DNA of 64,000 bases from the NCBI RefSeq assembly GCF_963921235.1, contig NC_086097.1, forward strand, positions 96,970,001 to 97,034,000, read 5' to 3'. Positions 44,356 through 57,504 of the stretch are shown here, piece by piece. A model generated the notes under the pieces. The model made no database searches. It was not told the DNA's origin and worked only from the letters and a program-made list of their open reading frames with translations. A program made the translations under genes and the position numbers. Numbering within the stretch: the stretch's first letter is position 1; the number at the start of each line of letters is the position of its first letter. Source of the DNA: Mobula hypostoma. Its lineage: Eukaryota.

Positions 44356-45377
44356 CAGGGGTGGCCAACCTTTTACATTCCATGCTTCAACTTTTTCACG
44401 TCGGAGTTCAAATGCGCCCTACAACTCTTGTAATCCCATTCAATTCTTGTAAAAATGTTAATATAGATATATTTAGCATTTTCACGATTTACTGATTTAA
44501 TATAAAAACAAGATAAACACTACTGACCTTAACAAATAGGTTTAACAAATATATTTTGTCTTCTTTTGATTTCTTCCTTTTTCTTAATCACATATTCTTT
44601 CTGTAACTCAGACCCAAGCACTAGCTTCAGTTCTCCTTCTATTTCAGTCTGATGTTGTGTTTTATAGTGTCTATTAAGATCCTGTCTTCTATTATGTGAG
44701 AAAGTGTTTTCACAAACAATGCACAACGGTTTTCCTGACGGACCGGCTATAAATAGAACTCGTTTCCCACTGTTCATTGAATTCACGCTTACTATCATTT
44801 TCTGCTTTTCCTTTGCACTGTGATGGGTAACTGAATGTAAAAACAAAGCTTAATTTTCGAAAAAGTACAAAACTGCAAATGTTCACAAAGGACGAACAAA
44901 GCACAACTCCGTAGTGCACGAGTGTCAGTTGTAACTGACTGGCAAAAACCTGTGACGCACCACTGGTGCAGATGCCTGGGGCCTCAGGATCAAACAAGTA
45001 TCAAACGTGTATTGAACAGTTGTGTAACGACCGCAGAACAAAAGTCCTTCTTTCCTAGTTTGACTCATTGAACATTTTTTAAAAATTGAAAACAGATTAA
45101 TGTGAAAGAAGATAACATTCGCCAAAAGATGTGCACGAAATAATAAAATCACTAAAAATAATTGCCAAGTTTTAGATTTATTCTCAGTAAAACCCATTTC
45201 TAGCTCTAAGCTACTTGAATTCCTGTTATAGATTTTTTTTCTACAAATCAGTTTTTGGTTAATACTTTTTGCATGAATGGGTTTACTTTTTTATTATTAT
45301 CACTGGGGTGCAACGTGCCACATCTAATCATCCAATGCGCCACTTTTACCGCATGCGCTGTAGGTTGGCCATCCCTG
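44356..45377 (-). mobile_element. hAT (Charlie/SPIN/GTF2IRD2-like) internally deleted transposon
   Basis: TIRs caggggtggccaacct / aggttggccatccctg; frameshifted N-terminal zinc finger KREFNEQWE...KPLCIVCENTFSHNRRQDLNRHYKTQH; no clear 8-bp TSD. Confidence 0.85.
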
Positions 45378-45614
45378 ACACTGAGGGACAGGTGATTGGG
45401 GTACAAGGAGCTGTGGAGAAGAGGGACAAGTTGGAGGGTAGAGGATGGTGAGATAGGCTTTGGCAAGTTAGGGCAATGGTATCAGCAGGCGAGATGATGT
45501 GGGGGTTATGGCAGAATGAGGTCAAAGGTTCAGATGGCGGGATGGCTTGTGGGTGGTGATGGGATGGGGTAAAGGATGGTGGAACGGGGTAATTGGGAGG
45601 GGGGAATTAGATGG

Positions 45615-47600
45615 CTTACCAGTACTTATCACCGTAGAGCCGATATCCTTTTACCCTCTTTGAGTCACTAAGCAGATATAAAGGAGCGACACCGGTGACG
45701 ATGAACACGTTCGGAACAGATCTTCCGGGGGTCAGTTGGAACGTGCTTGTCTAATAAAGCGGATTGTACCTGCTCCAGTGGAAAAAACACTTGCAGCAAA
45801 GCCGGGTAACTTGTCTTTCAAGTATATAACTAGCCCTCAATTTGAGCTCCCCGTACCCTCTAACCAGAAAGTTCGCCTCTTATCACCCCACTCCATTCAT
45901 CTCTATTCAGTTTTAGTCGCTATACAATAACTCGTGAAAGAATGTCACATATGCCGAGCGTTGGATTGCAAAAGTCTACAGAGCCGAAGTTTAAACCCAG
46001 AGCGGCTATTAATGACAACGCAATGACACGCTGCTGAATAGCAGGAAAAGCCCGGCGCGTCTATCTGCTTCATTTACCTCATAGTGCAAATGGCGCGTTT
46101 AAATCAGGTGAAGTATACTTAATCTCATCCGGAGTCAATTGTCAATTGATCCTGATTTTAGTTAATCCAGCGAAGTACCGCTTTCTAAAGATTTCACAGG
46201 TACATGATACAGTGCTGTGCTGTGTCGATTCAGTAGCCCACCGATCTTCCGCCTGACACCGCTTCTCGCAACTTGCCCCTGCTAAAGGACTTTAAGTCCT
46301 CCTCCGCTATTTTTAGTGCACCTGTTAATACGTCCGAGCTAAATTCCAGCCCGTACTATTTTCGTATGGTTATTAATCTGTTTAGTTCAAACTGGTTAAT
46401 TACACGCTAACGGCTTTGGCAGCAAGTTAGCACCATTGCATTGCCATTTCGTTGTAAATAACCCGGGGTTAAGTCAGTTAAAGTTGCAACCCTTCGCGTG
46501 GGTAGTCATTGTTCTTAATTAATTAGCAAGACCCGCGTCGTACAGGGGAATTTGCCAGCGCATTCAGACGGCTATCCATTTGCAACATAGCGTTAAAGTT
46601 AAGGACAATTTCTGCAGCATGGATTTGCTGGAGGCTCCCGGAAGATAAGGTTTCTTGAAGATTTCAGACTTCTGATGTCCCCAGACACACATTCCGCTTA
46701 AGAAGCAGAAGTGATCCTTTCGAGAAAGAGATTAATCTCGTGGTGGGGAATTCAGCGCGGGCAGGGAATGTGGGAGACCGCCAGTTCTGGAAGACAGCGA
46801 AGGATTGGGAACGGATTTATTGGGAAACACCCTATTTGTTAGTCATGGGGAATAAGGATATACGGAGAATACTTTTGCATTGCAGCAGATGAAATGTAGA
46901 TAAAGCTTTTATTGCGTTCCATACAATTTTCTAACCTGCGCTTTTATTGAGCACTCAAATAATTAAATTTTGTTGGCATAGGTCCGTGAAAGAATTGAAA
47001 GTTGTGCAGACCCGAAAAGCTGTCTGTCATCTTCCTACACACTGGAGAAATAATCTGGCGCTGAAGCATGAGTTTATCTGTACTGTCCATCCAGCAGTTA
47101 AACAGGGAATTCGAGCTAACCGCTCACATAGACCGCCAACCGCAGCAGCGAATATAAACAATTTTTAGCTTTGCTCTCTTTGATGTTTAAAACATGTGCA
47201 CCGCGGCAGCTGCTGTTTTGTGTGGCAGTGGGTTAGTGAGCGACTGGGATCGAACACGCTGTAATAAATCCTCGTTATAAACTACAAGGGGCATTGCTGT
47301 TTGCGGTCCGGCTTTCCAGTTTAACAGCTTTTCCTTTTGTGCTTGCTTTGGAAAGACTGTATAGACTGAAAAGTTGAGGCTTTGATTGGTTCCATTCTTT
47401 CCCATTTCGTTGCTCAGGAGAAACAAAACATAGCCTGCACTTCAATCTAGTCAAACAAGTGTCCCTCCCTCCCATTTTATCGGTCCTCGTCTGAGTCAGA
47501 ATATTACAGTGAGGTCTGCAGTTAATTTATTCTGAGTGAATATCGAAATAACACGCTGTATATGGAGATGCTTTAATCTTAAATTTAGGGGACTGAGAAC
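45615..47600. promoter_or_regulatory. CpG-rich, repeat-free block: probable promoter/first exon of the minus-strand gene and/or enhancer
   Basis: CpG density is visibly higher than in the flanks, no TE signatures were seen, there is a minus-strand donor G|GTAAGC at 45620, and homeodomain-type motifs are clustered. Confidence 0.55.
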
Positions 47601-48009
47601 ATTGTCGGTTAAAAAAGGGGCAACTTTCCTATTTTCTCTAGGAAATTCCAAATAAGCAGGAAGCTATGCTGGGAACTTCACAACAGTGGGCTGGTTCTAG
47701 AAATGTTACTGGGGCATTGCTTTATAATACTTCCTCCTTAGCCACAGAATCCATCCAGTTCATGAAATATTTATCAGAGGTAGAAAGGATAAATGTCTAG
47801 TTAGTTCAGATGAGCCCCAGAGCGGAAAGAGAGTGAAATTTAAGGTCTGTGTATTGAGCACTTCGGTACATCTTTCAGAATGGAGACTTGTCAGGCAGGC
47901 ATAAAGACAGAGGGTGGATTATTTACCTACAGTCTATCAATGTGTTAAAATTAGTGTACAGACAAAACAGTATTTTAAATCAGCAATGGAACATTAGCAC
48001 AGACACAGC

Positions 48010-48420
48010 CAACTGAAGGTGCTGGAATCTGGAACAAAATATAAAATGCTGGAGGAACTCAGCCAAAAAGCAGCACCTGTTCAGGCAAAGGATGGTTGGC
48101 TTTTCCAGTTGAAATCCTGTATCAGGAATGAGGCTTTGGAAGGAGATAGTCAACATAAAGAAGCAAGGGAAAGGAGTAGGTCAAGGGCTGGTAGATGAGG
48201 AGTGAAACTAGGTGAAGTGGTAGTTGAGGGAGACAAGCTAGTGGGCGATAGCTGGGAATTACTAAAGGCAGTTTGTTTCCTTAAGAGTAGATGGAGCCAG
48301 ATTTTGGGAGGGCAGGGTGAAAGTAGAGACAGGGACTCCAACGTGATGTGAGGGGTAGTGGGCAGAAGGAAATAGGTGGAGGAGAGGATAAGGGGCTAGG
48401 TACATAGGGTGTGGATAATA
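48010..48420 (-). mobile_element. old Penelope pLTR fragment
   Basis: gtgctggaatctgg...aaaatgctggaggaactcagc followed by a purine-rich tract. Confidence 0.6.
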
Positions 48421-49699
48421 GTTAAATGGAAATGGAATGGTCTTTATCTTAAGGCTTCTAGTCTTCAAATCGTGGAGCATATGCTGCAGTTGTACAGCAC
48501 CCTCGTTAGATAGATTTGGAGAACTCTTTTCGCTTCTGGATGCTGCATTTCTGTGGGAAAGTGGAAAGGGGGTAGATGTTAGGGAAGAAAAGTAAATTTG
48601 TCCTGGAGTAAGAAGTGCATGGACTTAGGAAGGTCAGGATCTAAACTATAACCATGAGATTATAAACAAAAGCTGCATGCTGAAGGAGAGGAAGTTGAAA
48701 GCTGATTTCATTGAGTAGGGGTCAGTGACTTTCTTGGCTGGGTGGTGTGTTCAGCTGCCAAAGATGTTGTTCTTGAACACTGCTTTATGCTCAGCTCAAA
48801 TATCAGCTTGCTACTGGAACTGGAACCGGAGTATCTGCTATCAAACGTGTTAAGTACAATCCTCTCTAGCTTTCATTGAAGGAATTTGCATTACTGTGGC
48901 TCATACCAAATATCCCTCTCAGTATCTGTTTGGAAATATGAATAGGAATGGATATAAAGCATGCAGTCATTCATACCTGCTCACCATTCAAAGAAAATAG
49001 AGTTGAACTTGTATCACCACTTTCTCTCATTGTTTCTACATCCCTTTATTTCCTTATTATTCAAAAAGTTGTCTACCTATCAAATGAATATGACCAAAGA
49101 CTGAAATTACAAAACCTTGTGGAAAAGAGAATCTATGTATGAAGGAAGTTCACCTCAGTCCAGCCTTAAATAGTTGCTCCTTATATGACTCTGATTCCCA
49201 GTTCCAGCATTTTCAGCCAGGGTAAAAATCCGCCTAGCACCTATTCTGTCAAGCTCCTTATGAATTTTACATGTTTTAATGAAATATCCTCTCATTCCCT
49301 AAATTCTGGGAATCTAGGTGCAGTACTGTTTGAAGGTGATCCAAACAGTCTCAGGAACACACCTTTGAAGCAAGTCAAACGGTTTTTAGGTAGGAAGATC
49401 TAAATTGTGTATTGTTCTGTAGATACAGTCTTACTTACATTAATGATGCAGTAAAAATTTCTTCACTCATACTACAATCCCTTTATAATAAAAACAGATT
49501 ATAAACAAATTCAAGCACACATTTTAAAATCAGAAGTAAACCAATCAGCCTCTCATGCTTGCTCTCCCATTCAATATCTAATTGTAAATTGGACATTATA
49601 TTTCCCTTCTTCCTGAAGAGTCTTTCATTGGTCTTAAATGGTTGACCCTTTATTTTTTTAAACAGTGACCCCCTATTTTATACTAGAGCAACAGTCAAA

Positions 49700-50000
49700 T
49701 GGCTCTGGGTGGCTGGGTCTCGTCAGCCAAGGTTGGCAATTCATCTAGGAGAAGGAAAACTCTAATCTCAAAATTCTGTTGCTTTGTGGCTATACCCATT
49801 TATGGGGAAGACTTTGGGAGTTAACCCAAGGAAAGATCTGGAGCTGGAGTCCCCAAGGCAGTGCTACATTGAGTTCAACACTGACTGGCAACTCCTACCA
49901 TGCTGCAGGAGCCAAACTATATTGGTCTCTGCTGCTCCTTTGGATTCATCGGCTGCGTGGAGAGGGGGAGCCTGCTGCACGGGCAAAAACTTATTTTCCA
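49700..50000 (+). mobile_element. RTE-related SINE or LINE 5' fragment
   Basis: atctaggagaaggaaaactct motif; the 3' part resembles the body of the SINE at 7790-7870. Confidence 0.45.
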
Positions 50001-50006
50001 TGTTGT

Positions 50007-50165
50007 AAACAAGAGAAAATCTGCAGGTGCTGAAAATTCAAGCCACACACCCAAAATGCAGCATTTCCTGATGAAGGGTCTCAGCCCAAACTGTCCACCA
50101 TTTACTCTTTTCCATAGATGCACCCTGGCCTGCTGAGTTCCTCCAGCATTTTGTGTGTGTTGCTC
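50007..50165. mobile_element. Penelope pLTR with inverted head and decayed hammerhead
   Basis: Inverted aaacaagagaaaatctgcag...acac head, then CTGATGA-AGGGTCTCAGCCC-AAAC (G of GAAA lost). Confidence 0.7.
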
Positions 50166-50419
50166 TTTACATCCTACTGTCCTGGCTTACATATAGCTAG
50201 GATGCCATATGGTTGACCCTGACCATTGGAGGGACAGTCAAATGGCCCAGCACATTCATGCTGACCTTTTTGTCCATCGACAACAATACCAATTGCCCAT
50301 ATTCATATCCTTCCATGCCTTGCCTATTTAAATATCTATTTAATAATGATTTGCATGATGACTGCATCTGAGTCCAGCTTCATTTGTGGCAGTGTGTTCT
50401 ATATATCAAGCACTCTCTG

Positions 50420-50980
50420 TGCACATAGAACATAGAAAAGTACATGACAGGAACAGGTCCTTTGGTCCATGATGTTACGTCAAGTTAATTAAAAGCCTAC
50501 TAAGCTAGTTACTTCTGCTGACTTAAGTCCATATCCCTCCATTCTCTGCACATTAATCTGCCTATCTACGAGCCTCTTTACAACTATATCATATTCACCA
50601 CCCTAGGCAGTGCATTCCAGGCACCCACCACTCTCTGTGTAACACTGTCTAGTGTTAGATGTTTTGACCTTATGAAAAAGATAATGGCTGACTATGTTGA
50701 CTATGTCTATGCCCCTGATTGTAAAAGCTTATAAACTTCAGTCATACTTCCCCTCAGTATCCACTACTCTAGACAAAACAACCCAAGTTTATCCAATCTC
50801 TCCTCACAGAACATGCCCTCTAATCCAGGAGGCATCCTGAAAAATCCTTTCTGCATTCTCTCCAAAACCTCCACATGCTTCCTATAATGGTATGACCGGA
50901 ACAAAGTGTAAAACTACACGTGTGGTGGAACCCAATTTTATAAAGCTGCAACATTCCTTCCCGATTCACAAACTCAACTG
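50420..50980 (-). mobile_element. CR1 3' fragment
   Basis: catagaacatagaa reverse tail; gcattccaggcacccaccactctctgtgt (TQRVVGAWNA). Confidence 0.75.
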
Positions 50981-51410
50981 TGTAAAATACCTTTCCCTCT
51001 GCTCCCTATTATAACTATTTCCTCTCACCTTCAACTAATGCCCTATTGTTTTTGACATCTTGATCATGGCAAAAAAAAAAATCTTTTAGTTTTTACCTTT
51101 CAGACAACACTACAGGTCAGAATTGAATCCTTGTCACCGAGGCTGTGAGGTAGCAGCAGTAGGCTATTCCATCTTCCAAAGTGCAAAGATAATTGTCATT
51201 GATATGTGAAAACAATATTTAGGACAAGTAATGAAGTGTTAAATTTTACATCCATCAAGCAAATGTACAAGGAGATGAATATTATGTTGCAGAATGCAAA
51301 ACCTCAATTAAAGAACACCTTGAGTATTTTGGGCAGTAATGGGTAACACTTAAAGATGTATTGCCTTGGACATACTGGAATGCTATTCAGTCTTGAAGAT
51401 TACATAGTGA

Positions 51411-52852
51411 TAAAAGATTTGAGCTATGGATAAAGAAAGGTCTTACAACCTACCTCTCATTTATAGATAAAAGAGTATTACAAAGTTTCCAAATCCTGCA
51501 GGACAAACATGGCCTAGAACATAATGACTTTTTTAGGTACCTTCAAGTACGAAACTATGTTAACCAGAGTTGTAGATATACAGACCTATCAACAGTAGAA
51601 TTAGATATTTTTCAAGATTCTGAATTTGGCTTGCAGTTCAATACCTAGTAAATCAGTTTCTCGATTATATAATGCACTCTCCCATGCTAAAAATGTAAAT
51701 ACACTGTATATTAAAGAGAAGTGGGAGAAAGAAGTGGGGTTGGTACTTTCAGAGGAGGATTTGGGGAAAATCTGCAGCTTTCAATGGTCCTCGACTAATT
51801 CTTTGACTTGGAAAGAACATTGTTGGAAAAACATTATAAGATACTTCAAGACCCCATATCAGGAAAAATATAAAGATACAAACGTGACGTGTTGGAGAAG
51901 GTGCGGCTCCAAGGAGGCAAATCATTTTCATATTTTCTGGGATTGCCCTAAATTAAGTCTATATTGGGAAGGTATTCATAGAACATTAGTTAAGGTACTT
52001 AGGTCCCAGATACCTCTGAACTTTGAGACGCTCTATTTGGGGCATGTATTGTTTCTTGAACAGAAGGAAGATATAAAGTTGCTGCAGGCCCTCTTAGCGG
52101 CAAGTAAGAAATCAATCACTAGAAAATGGCTAAATCCAATACCACCTATATTAGAAGATTGGCACGAAATTATCTTGGAAATATTTAAAATGGAAAAGTT
52201 GACTTACTCCCTGAGAATTCAAAAAGAAAAATTTTATCAAATAAATGGATTGAATATATAACCCCAATGCGAGCAGACTTTAGATGACTCTCCTAATGAT
52301 TTATACTGCTCTTCTCATCAACACAGTAATATTGCTAACGTAAGCACCCCTAGTCTAAATGTCTTTTTTTTTGTTTTCTTTTGGAAAATAGAAAATTAAC
52401 ACAAGTAAAGGGAAAGATTTGGGAAAGGGATAAAAAAAATGAAAAAATTAAGTAAATAAGTACATAGGGATTGGATAATTATGTCTGCGGGCAGGAGCAA
52501 GCATGAACAAATTAGGATATAAACACCTACAATGGTTGTTACATAGGCTTATATACAACATTTTGGACCAGTGGAAATGGTCCAGAAGAGTTATATGGAA
52601 ACTATTATTACCATTTTTCTTAACAACTAATACCATTAATTAGCCTGATAGATTAGAATTACCACAGTACATAATTATCTATTTAAGTGTCTAATTTCCT
52701 TTTATATCATCTCAATGTGTACTTAAGAATGTATAAATAATTATAGTTTTATACATATAAAAAAATGGAAAAGGTTATATGTGTGAAAAAAGTACATGAT
52801 ATTTGTGAATTCCTTATCCAAATAAAAATAAAATTTTAAAAAAATTTTAAAA
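51411..52852 (+). mobile_element. 5'-truncated L1-clade LINE with 15-bp TSD
   Basis: ORF2 C-terminal Cys motif CWRRCG...NHFHIFWDCPKL..YW; A-rich tail; AAGATTACATAGTGA at 51396-51410 and 52853-52867. Confidence 0.92.
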
Positions 52853-53056
52853 AAGATTACATAGTGAAGTTGTACAACCTTTTTTTATTACTTTTCTTTT
52901 ATTTAGAAGATTAAGAGGTGATTGACTGAAGTGTGGATTGAGTTAAAGGGAATTGTGAGCATTGATGGAGAGAAATTACTTCCTGTTGGGAATTTTAGTA
53001 CTAGGGCGCATTGTGTAAAGTTTATGCCACATGCGGAGAGTGATGTGTATTGTATA

Positions 53057-54710
53057 CAGGTTTACCCCGCCATCCGAAGGTACAGTGTTCCTATGAAATG
53101 GTTTGTAAGCCAGAATGCTGTAAAGCGAAGGAGCAATTACCATTTACTTACATGGGAAAAATTTGTGAGCGCTTGCAGACCCAAAAATAACCTACCAAAT
53201 CATGCCAAATAACACATAAAACCTAAAATAACAGTAACATATAGTAAAAGCAGGAATGATATGATAAATACACAGCCTATATAAAGTAGAAATACTTCTC
53301 CACAATCATTGCCGGCACTGTTCTCAGTAGCGAAAATCTCACGCAAGCGCTGATGGCAAAAACACTGCGCAAGCACTCTCCAGTAACCTTTAAGCTATGA
53401 AACTGCCAAATCATACCAAATAACACGTAAAAATACACAGCCTATATAAAGTAGAAATAATGTATGTACAGTGTAGTATCACTTACGAGAATCTGGAAGA
53501 CCGCTTGCCGAGCACACTGATAATGGTGTGTTAGACTGAGTCGTTCGAGTCTGGGTGGTGCAGTGGCCCCCACCCTCCGGGCCGCCGACCGATACCAATC
53601 CGGGAAGCATACAGGGGTACAGCGGTAGCTGGGAGGCACACAGCACATCTTTAAGAAAAAAGCTGAAATAAACATGCTAATTAATTAGGTGCCACCTGGC
53701 ACATAATTGTCAGCCCAGATCAGATGCGACGCAATCGGCAATCACCTCTAATCTGGGCCGACATTTACGTGCTGGGCGGCACCTAATTAATTAGCATGTT
53801 TATTTCAGCTTTTTTCTTAAAGATGTGCTGGGTGCCTCCCGGCTACCGCTGCATTCTCTGCGAATCAGTATCTGTCCACGGCCTGGGGTTTGGGGTGGTG
53901 GGACACTGAGGTGTCATCTCATCGTCGTCTGTTTCCATTAGGGCAGGCAGGTCATCTTCTTCTATGTCTGCCTGCCTCAATATCGAAGGTCGAGGTTCGT
54001 CGTCTGCTGTGGCTGATGTGGAAGGCTTGCTTGACTGCTGAGCCTCGCGCATTTTTCTATCATACAGTTCTTTGTAAGCACTCAAACCATCCTGCAAATA
54101 TGCCCTAAACCAACATACCCTTTCAAAATTAAAGTCGTACTTTATCATTGCAGCGAAAATCTCACATAGTTGCTTCATGTTCAGTTCCTGGACAACTTCA
54201 TTTTCTCTACTGAATTCGGTTTCGATTGTTATCCTTCCCTCTTCCAATTGCATCAGCTCTTCATCTATCAGCTCTTGGTTATGGGATGCCAAAACCTCTT
54301 CAACATCATCTTCGTCAACTTCCACAAGCCAAAATCACTTTGTCCTTACTTAGTTCACCACGATCGAAATGCTTAATTATGTCTAGTTTTATGCTAAGTG
54401 TAACATCCTTACGAGCTCTTTCAGGCTCTTCCGATACCTTAGAACTCATCTTGCAAACGGCTGCTCACAGGCACGTGTTTAAGCAATGCCGGCTAGAATG
54501 GAGTTCCGAATCCGGGGGAGAGTGGCTGCTCAGGACACGCGCTGATTTTTTTTCACACGCTGTTTTTTATCGCGCACTGCTTTTCCCCACGCGCTGCCTT
54601 TCTTCGTAACAGTGAAAACACCTTATGTTAGCGAAAACAGGGAACTAATGTAGGTCTTTCGTAACAGTGAGGTTTCGTAAAGTGAACATTCGAAAAGCGG
54701 GGGACACCTA
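53057..54710 (-). mobile_element. Tigger/pogo internally deleted transposon carrying a nested hAT MITE
   Basis: TA-flanked TIRs caggtttaccccgc..tccgaa / ttcgaaaagcgggggacacct; C-terminal transposase EVDEDDVEEVLASHNQELIDEELMQL (53843-54325). Confidence 0.85.
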
Positions 54711-54714
54711 TATA

Positions 54715-55050
54715 TGAAAATTATTGGTAGCTGATTAGTAAGTTTGTAGATGATATGGAAAATGGCAGAGTGGAGAGTGAGGAAGGTAGTCAGAGGATTC
54801 AGATAAATATTGATCGGTTGGAATTACAGGCAGGGAAATGCCAGATGCAATTTTATCTAGACAATTGTGAGATGTTATACCTTAGGAGGTCAAATAGAGG
54901 AGGAAATTATACAGTTAATGGCAGAGCACTAAAAGTATTCATTTTCAGGGGGATCTTGGGGTGCAAGCTTATAGCTCCCCGAATGTGGCAACACAAGAAG
55001 GTGCAGTAGGGTAGTAAAGAAGGTGTATGACATACTTGCCTCTATCATTT
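54715..55050 (+). mobile_element. CR1 RT fragment
   Basis: KFVDD..., QMQFYLDNCEMLY homologous to CR1 ORF2. Confidence 0.7.
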
Positions 55051-55214
55051 GGGGCTCGTTCATTTGTTCATTATGAGCCATGTTGTATGATGTGGCTGAT
55101 CATGGTCTTTCCATGACCTTGAAACTTCTTGGTAATTTTTTCTACAGCAGAAAAAATTACCAAGAAGTTCGTTGCCTTCTTTTATTTCCATAGTTATCCA
55201 AGACTTGCTCAAAA

Positions 55215-57420
55215 GTTCAAAATTCAAAGTAAATTTATATCAAAGTACACCTATGTCAGCATATACAACTCTCAGATTCATTTTCTTACGGGCATACCCA
55301 ATAAATCCAAGAAATATAATAGAATCAATGAAAGAGCACAACCAATAGGACAAACAATCAATGTGCAAAAGCAAACAGACTATGTGAATACAAAAGAAAA
55401 AAATAAATAAGCAATAAATACTGAGAACATGAGATGAATAGTCCTTGAAAGTGGGTCCATAGGTTGTGGGACATTTTAATAATGGATCAAGTGAAGTTAC
55501 CCCCTCTGGTTTAAGAGCCTGATGGTTGAGGGGTAATAACTGTTCCTGAACCAGGTGATGGGAGTCCTGAGACTCCTGTACCTTCTTCTTGATGGCAGCA
55601 GTGAGAAGAGAGCATGGCCTAGATAGTGGGGGTCCTGGATACTACTTTCCCACGATAGCACTCCGTATAGATGTGCTCAATACTGGGGAGGGCTTTACTG
55701 GTGATGGACTGGGCCATATCAATTACTTTTATATGGATTTTCAGTTCAAGAGTGTTAGTGTTTCCACACCAGACTGTGATACAACCGGTCAATATGCTCT
55801 TCACCACACATCTATAGAAGTTTGTCAAAGTTTTAGATGTCATACTGAATCTTTACAAAATTCTAGGGAAGCAGAGGTGTTGCTATGCTCTCTTCATAAT
55901 TACACTTGCATGCTGGGCCCAGGACAGATCCTCTGCAATGATAACCACGGCCCTCTCCACCTCTAATCCCCCCAGGTGAACTGGTTCATGGGCTCTGGGT
56001 CCCTCCTCCTTGGTTTTGCTGACAAGAGGTTGTTGTTGTGGCACCGCTCGGCCAGACTTTCAGTCTTCATTCCTATATGCTGATTCATCACCAACTTTAT
56101 TTCAGCCAATAGCAGTGGTGTCATCGGAAAATTTAAATATGTCATTGAAGCTGTGCTTCGCCTCACAGTCATAAATATAAAGCGGGTAGAGCAGGGGGCT
56201 AAGCACCCATCCTGTGGTGCACCTGTGCTGATGGAGATTGTGGAGGAGATGTTGTTACCAATCAAAACTGTCTGGGGTCTGCAGGTGAGGAAATCCAGGA
56301 TCCAATTGTACAAGAAGGTATTGAGGCCAAGGTCTTGAAGCCTGTTGATTTGTTTTCAGGGGATATAGTATTGAATGCCAAGATGTAATCAATAATGAGC
56401 ATGCCACTTTTTTGTCCAGATGTTCCAGCTTTGAGTGAAGAGCCAATGAAATGACACCACCAGCCTCCCAAAGCATTTCATTACAGTGGATGTAAGTGCT
56501 ATTGGACAATAGTCATTGAGGTAGGTTATTATGTTCTTCTTAGACACTGGTACAGTGAAACCCCATTATAACATGATCGTTTGGGTCCATAAGGTGTCAT
56601 CGCGAAAAAAGCAGGGTCGCGCTAAATCAGGGTTGTTGTTACTGCAGAAGTTAAAACACAAATTAATTTTTAGTAAAGCTTTTTAATACACAAAACAACA
56701 AATAAAAACATTCAAGAATATTAGCTATCATCATTTACAGTTTATTTCTTAAAAAAGTGATCGAGTGTTCCTTGCTTGAATGTAGCATGTCGCTGGCTGT
56801 GAGTGAAACCCCGTGACGGCGTTTAAACCGGTCTAGCCATCCATTGCCAGCTTTGAAATGTGAGGTTTCTCCGTTGATCTGCTTGTCAAACTTCTCGGCT
56901 TGAGCTTTGAGAATAGGACGGGAAATTGGAAGGCCTTCTGAGCGAGCTTGAACGAACCACTCGTACAGGGAGTCATCGAGGCTGGCATGGAGTCCAATGA
57001 CTCATTGCGTTATATCCAAATTTGCGTTAAATCGGGGCACGTAAGATCGGGGTTTCACTGTATAATTTAGCCTGCTTGAAGCAGGTGGTACATCAGATTG
57101 TAAAAGTAAGAGGTTAAAGACCTCAGTGAACACTCCAGCCAGTTGATCAGCACAAGTCTTTAGTACTTGGCTGGGTACCCCTTCTAGGGTGGGTTCACCC
57201 CCCTAAAAGATGCTCTCACATTGGCCTCAGAGTCTGAAATTGTAGGATCATTGGGAGCTGTGGCCAATAATGAAGGTTCCTTCAAAGTTTGACAGTCAAA
57301 TCAACCACAAAAGGCATGGAGCTCATCTGGAAATAAAGTGACCTCTGTCACTTGGTTCCCCTTTGTAAGAGGAAGTTGCATTCAAACCATGCCATGCTGT
57401 CTAGCACCTTTCAGTAATTC
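55215..57420 (-). mobile_element. degenerate Rex1/Babar LINE interrupted by a Tigger MITE
   Basis: [23 protein letters not shown] and TLTNFYRCVVKSILTGCITVW. Confidence 0.85.
56553..57060 (-). mobile_element. Tigger/jerky-type internally deleted element with CENP-B HTH
   Basis: TA + cagtgaaacccc...ggggtttcactg + TA; minus strand LDDSLYEWFVQARSEGLPISRPILKAQAEKF...FKAGNGWLDRFKRRHG. Confidence 0.9.
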
Positions 57421-57504
57421 ATGTTTAATCTGGAATTGCCACTTTATCCCTGCAACTATGTTTCTGTAATGGCCACTAAATCTACTTATGTATGTATGTA
57501 TGCC

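Noticed and set aside
53843..54325. Domesticated TIGD-like host gene
   Set aside because: Only the acidic C-terminus is present, inside TIRs with TA flanks, and there is no DDE domain.
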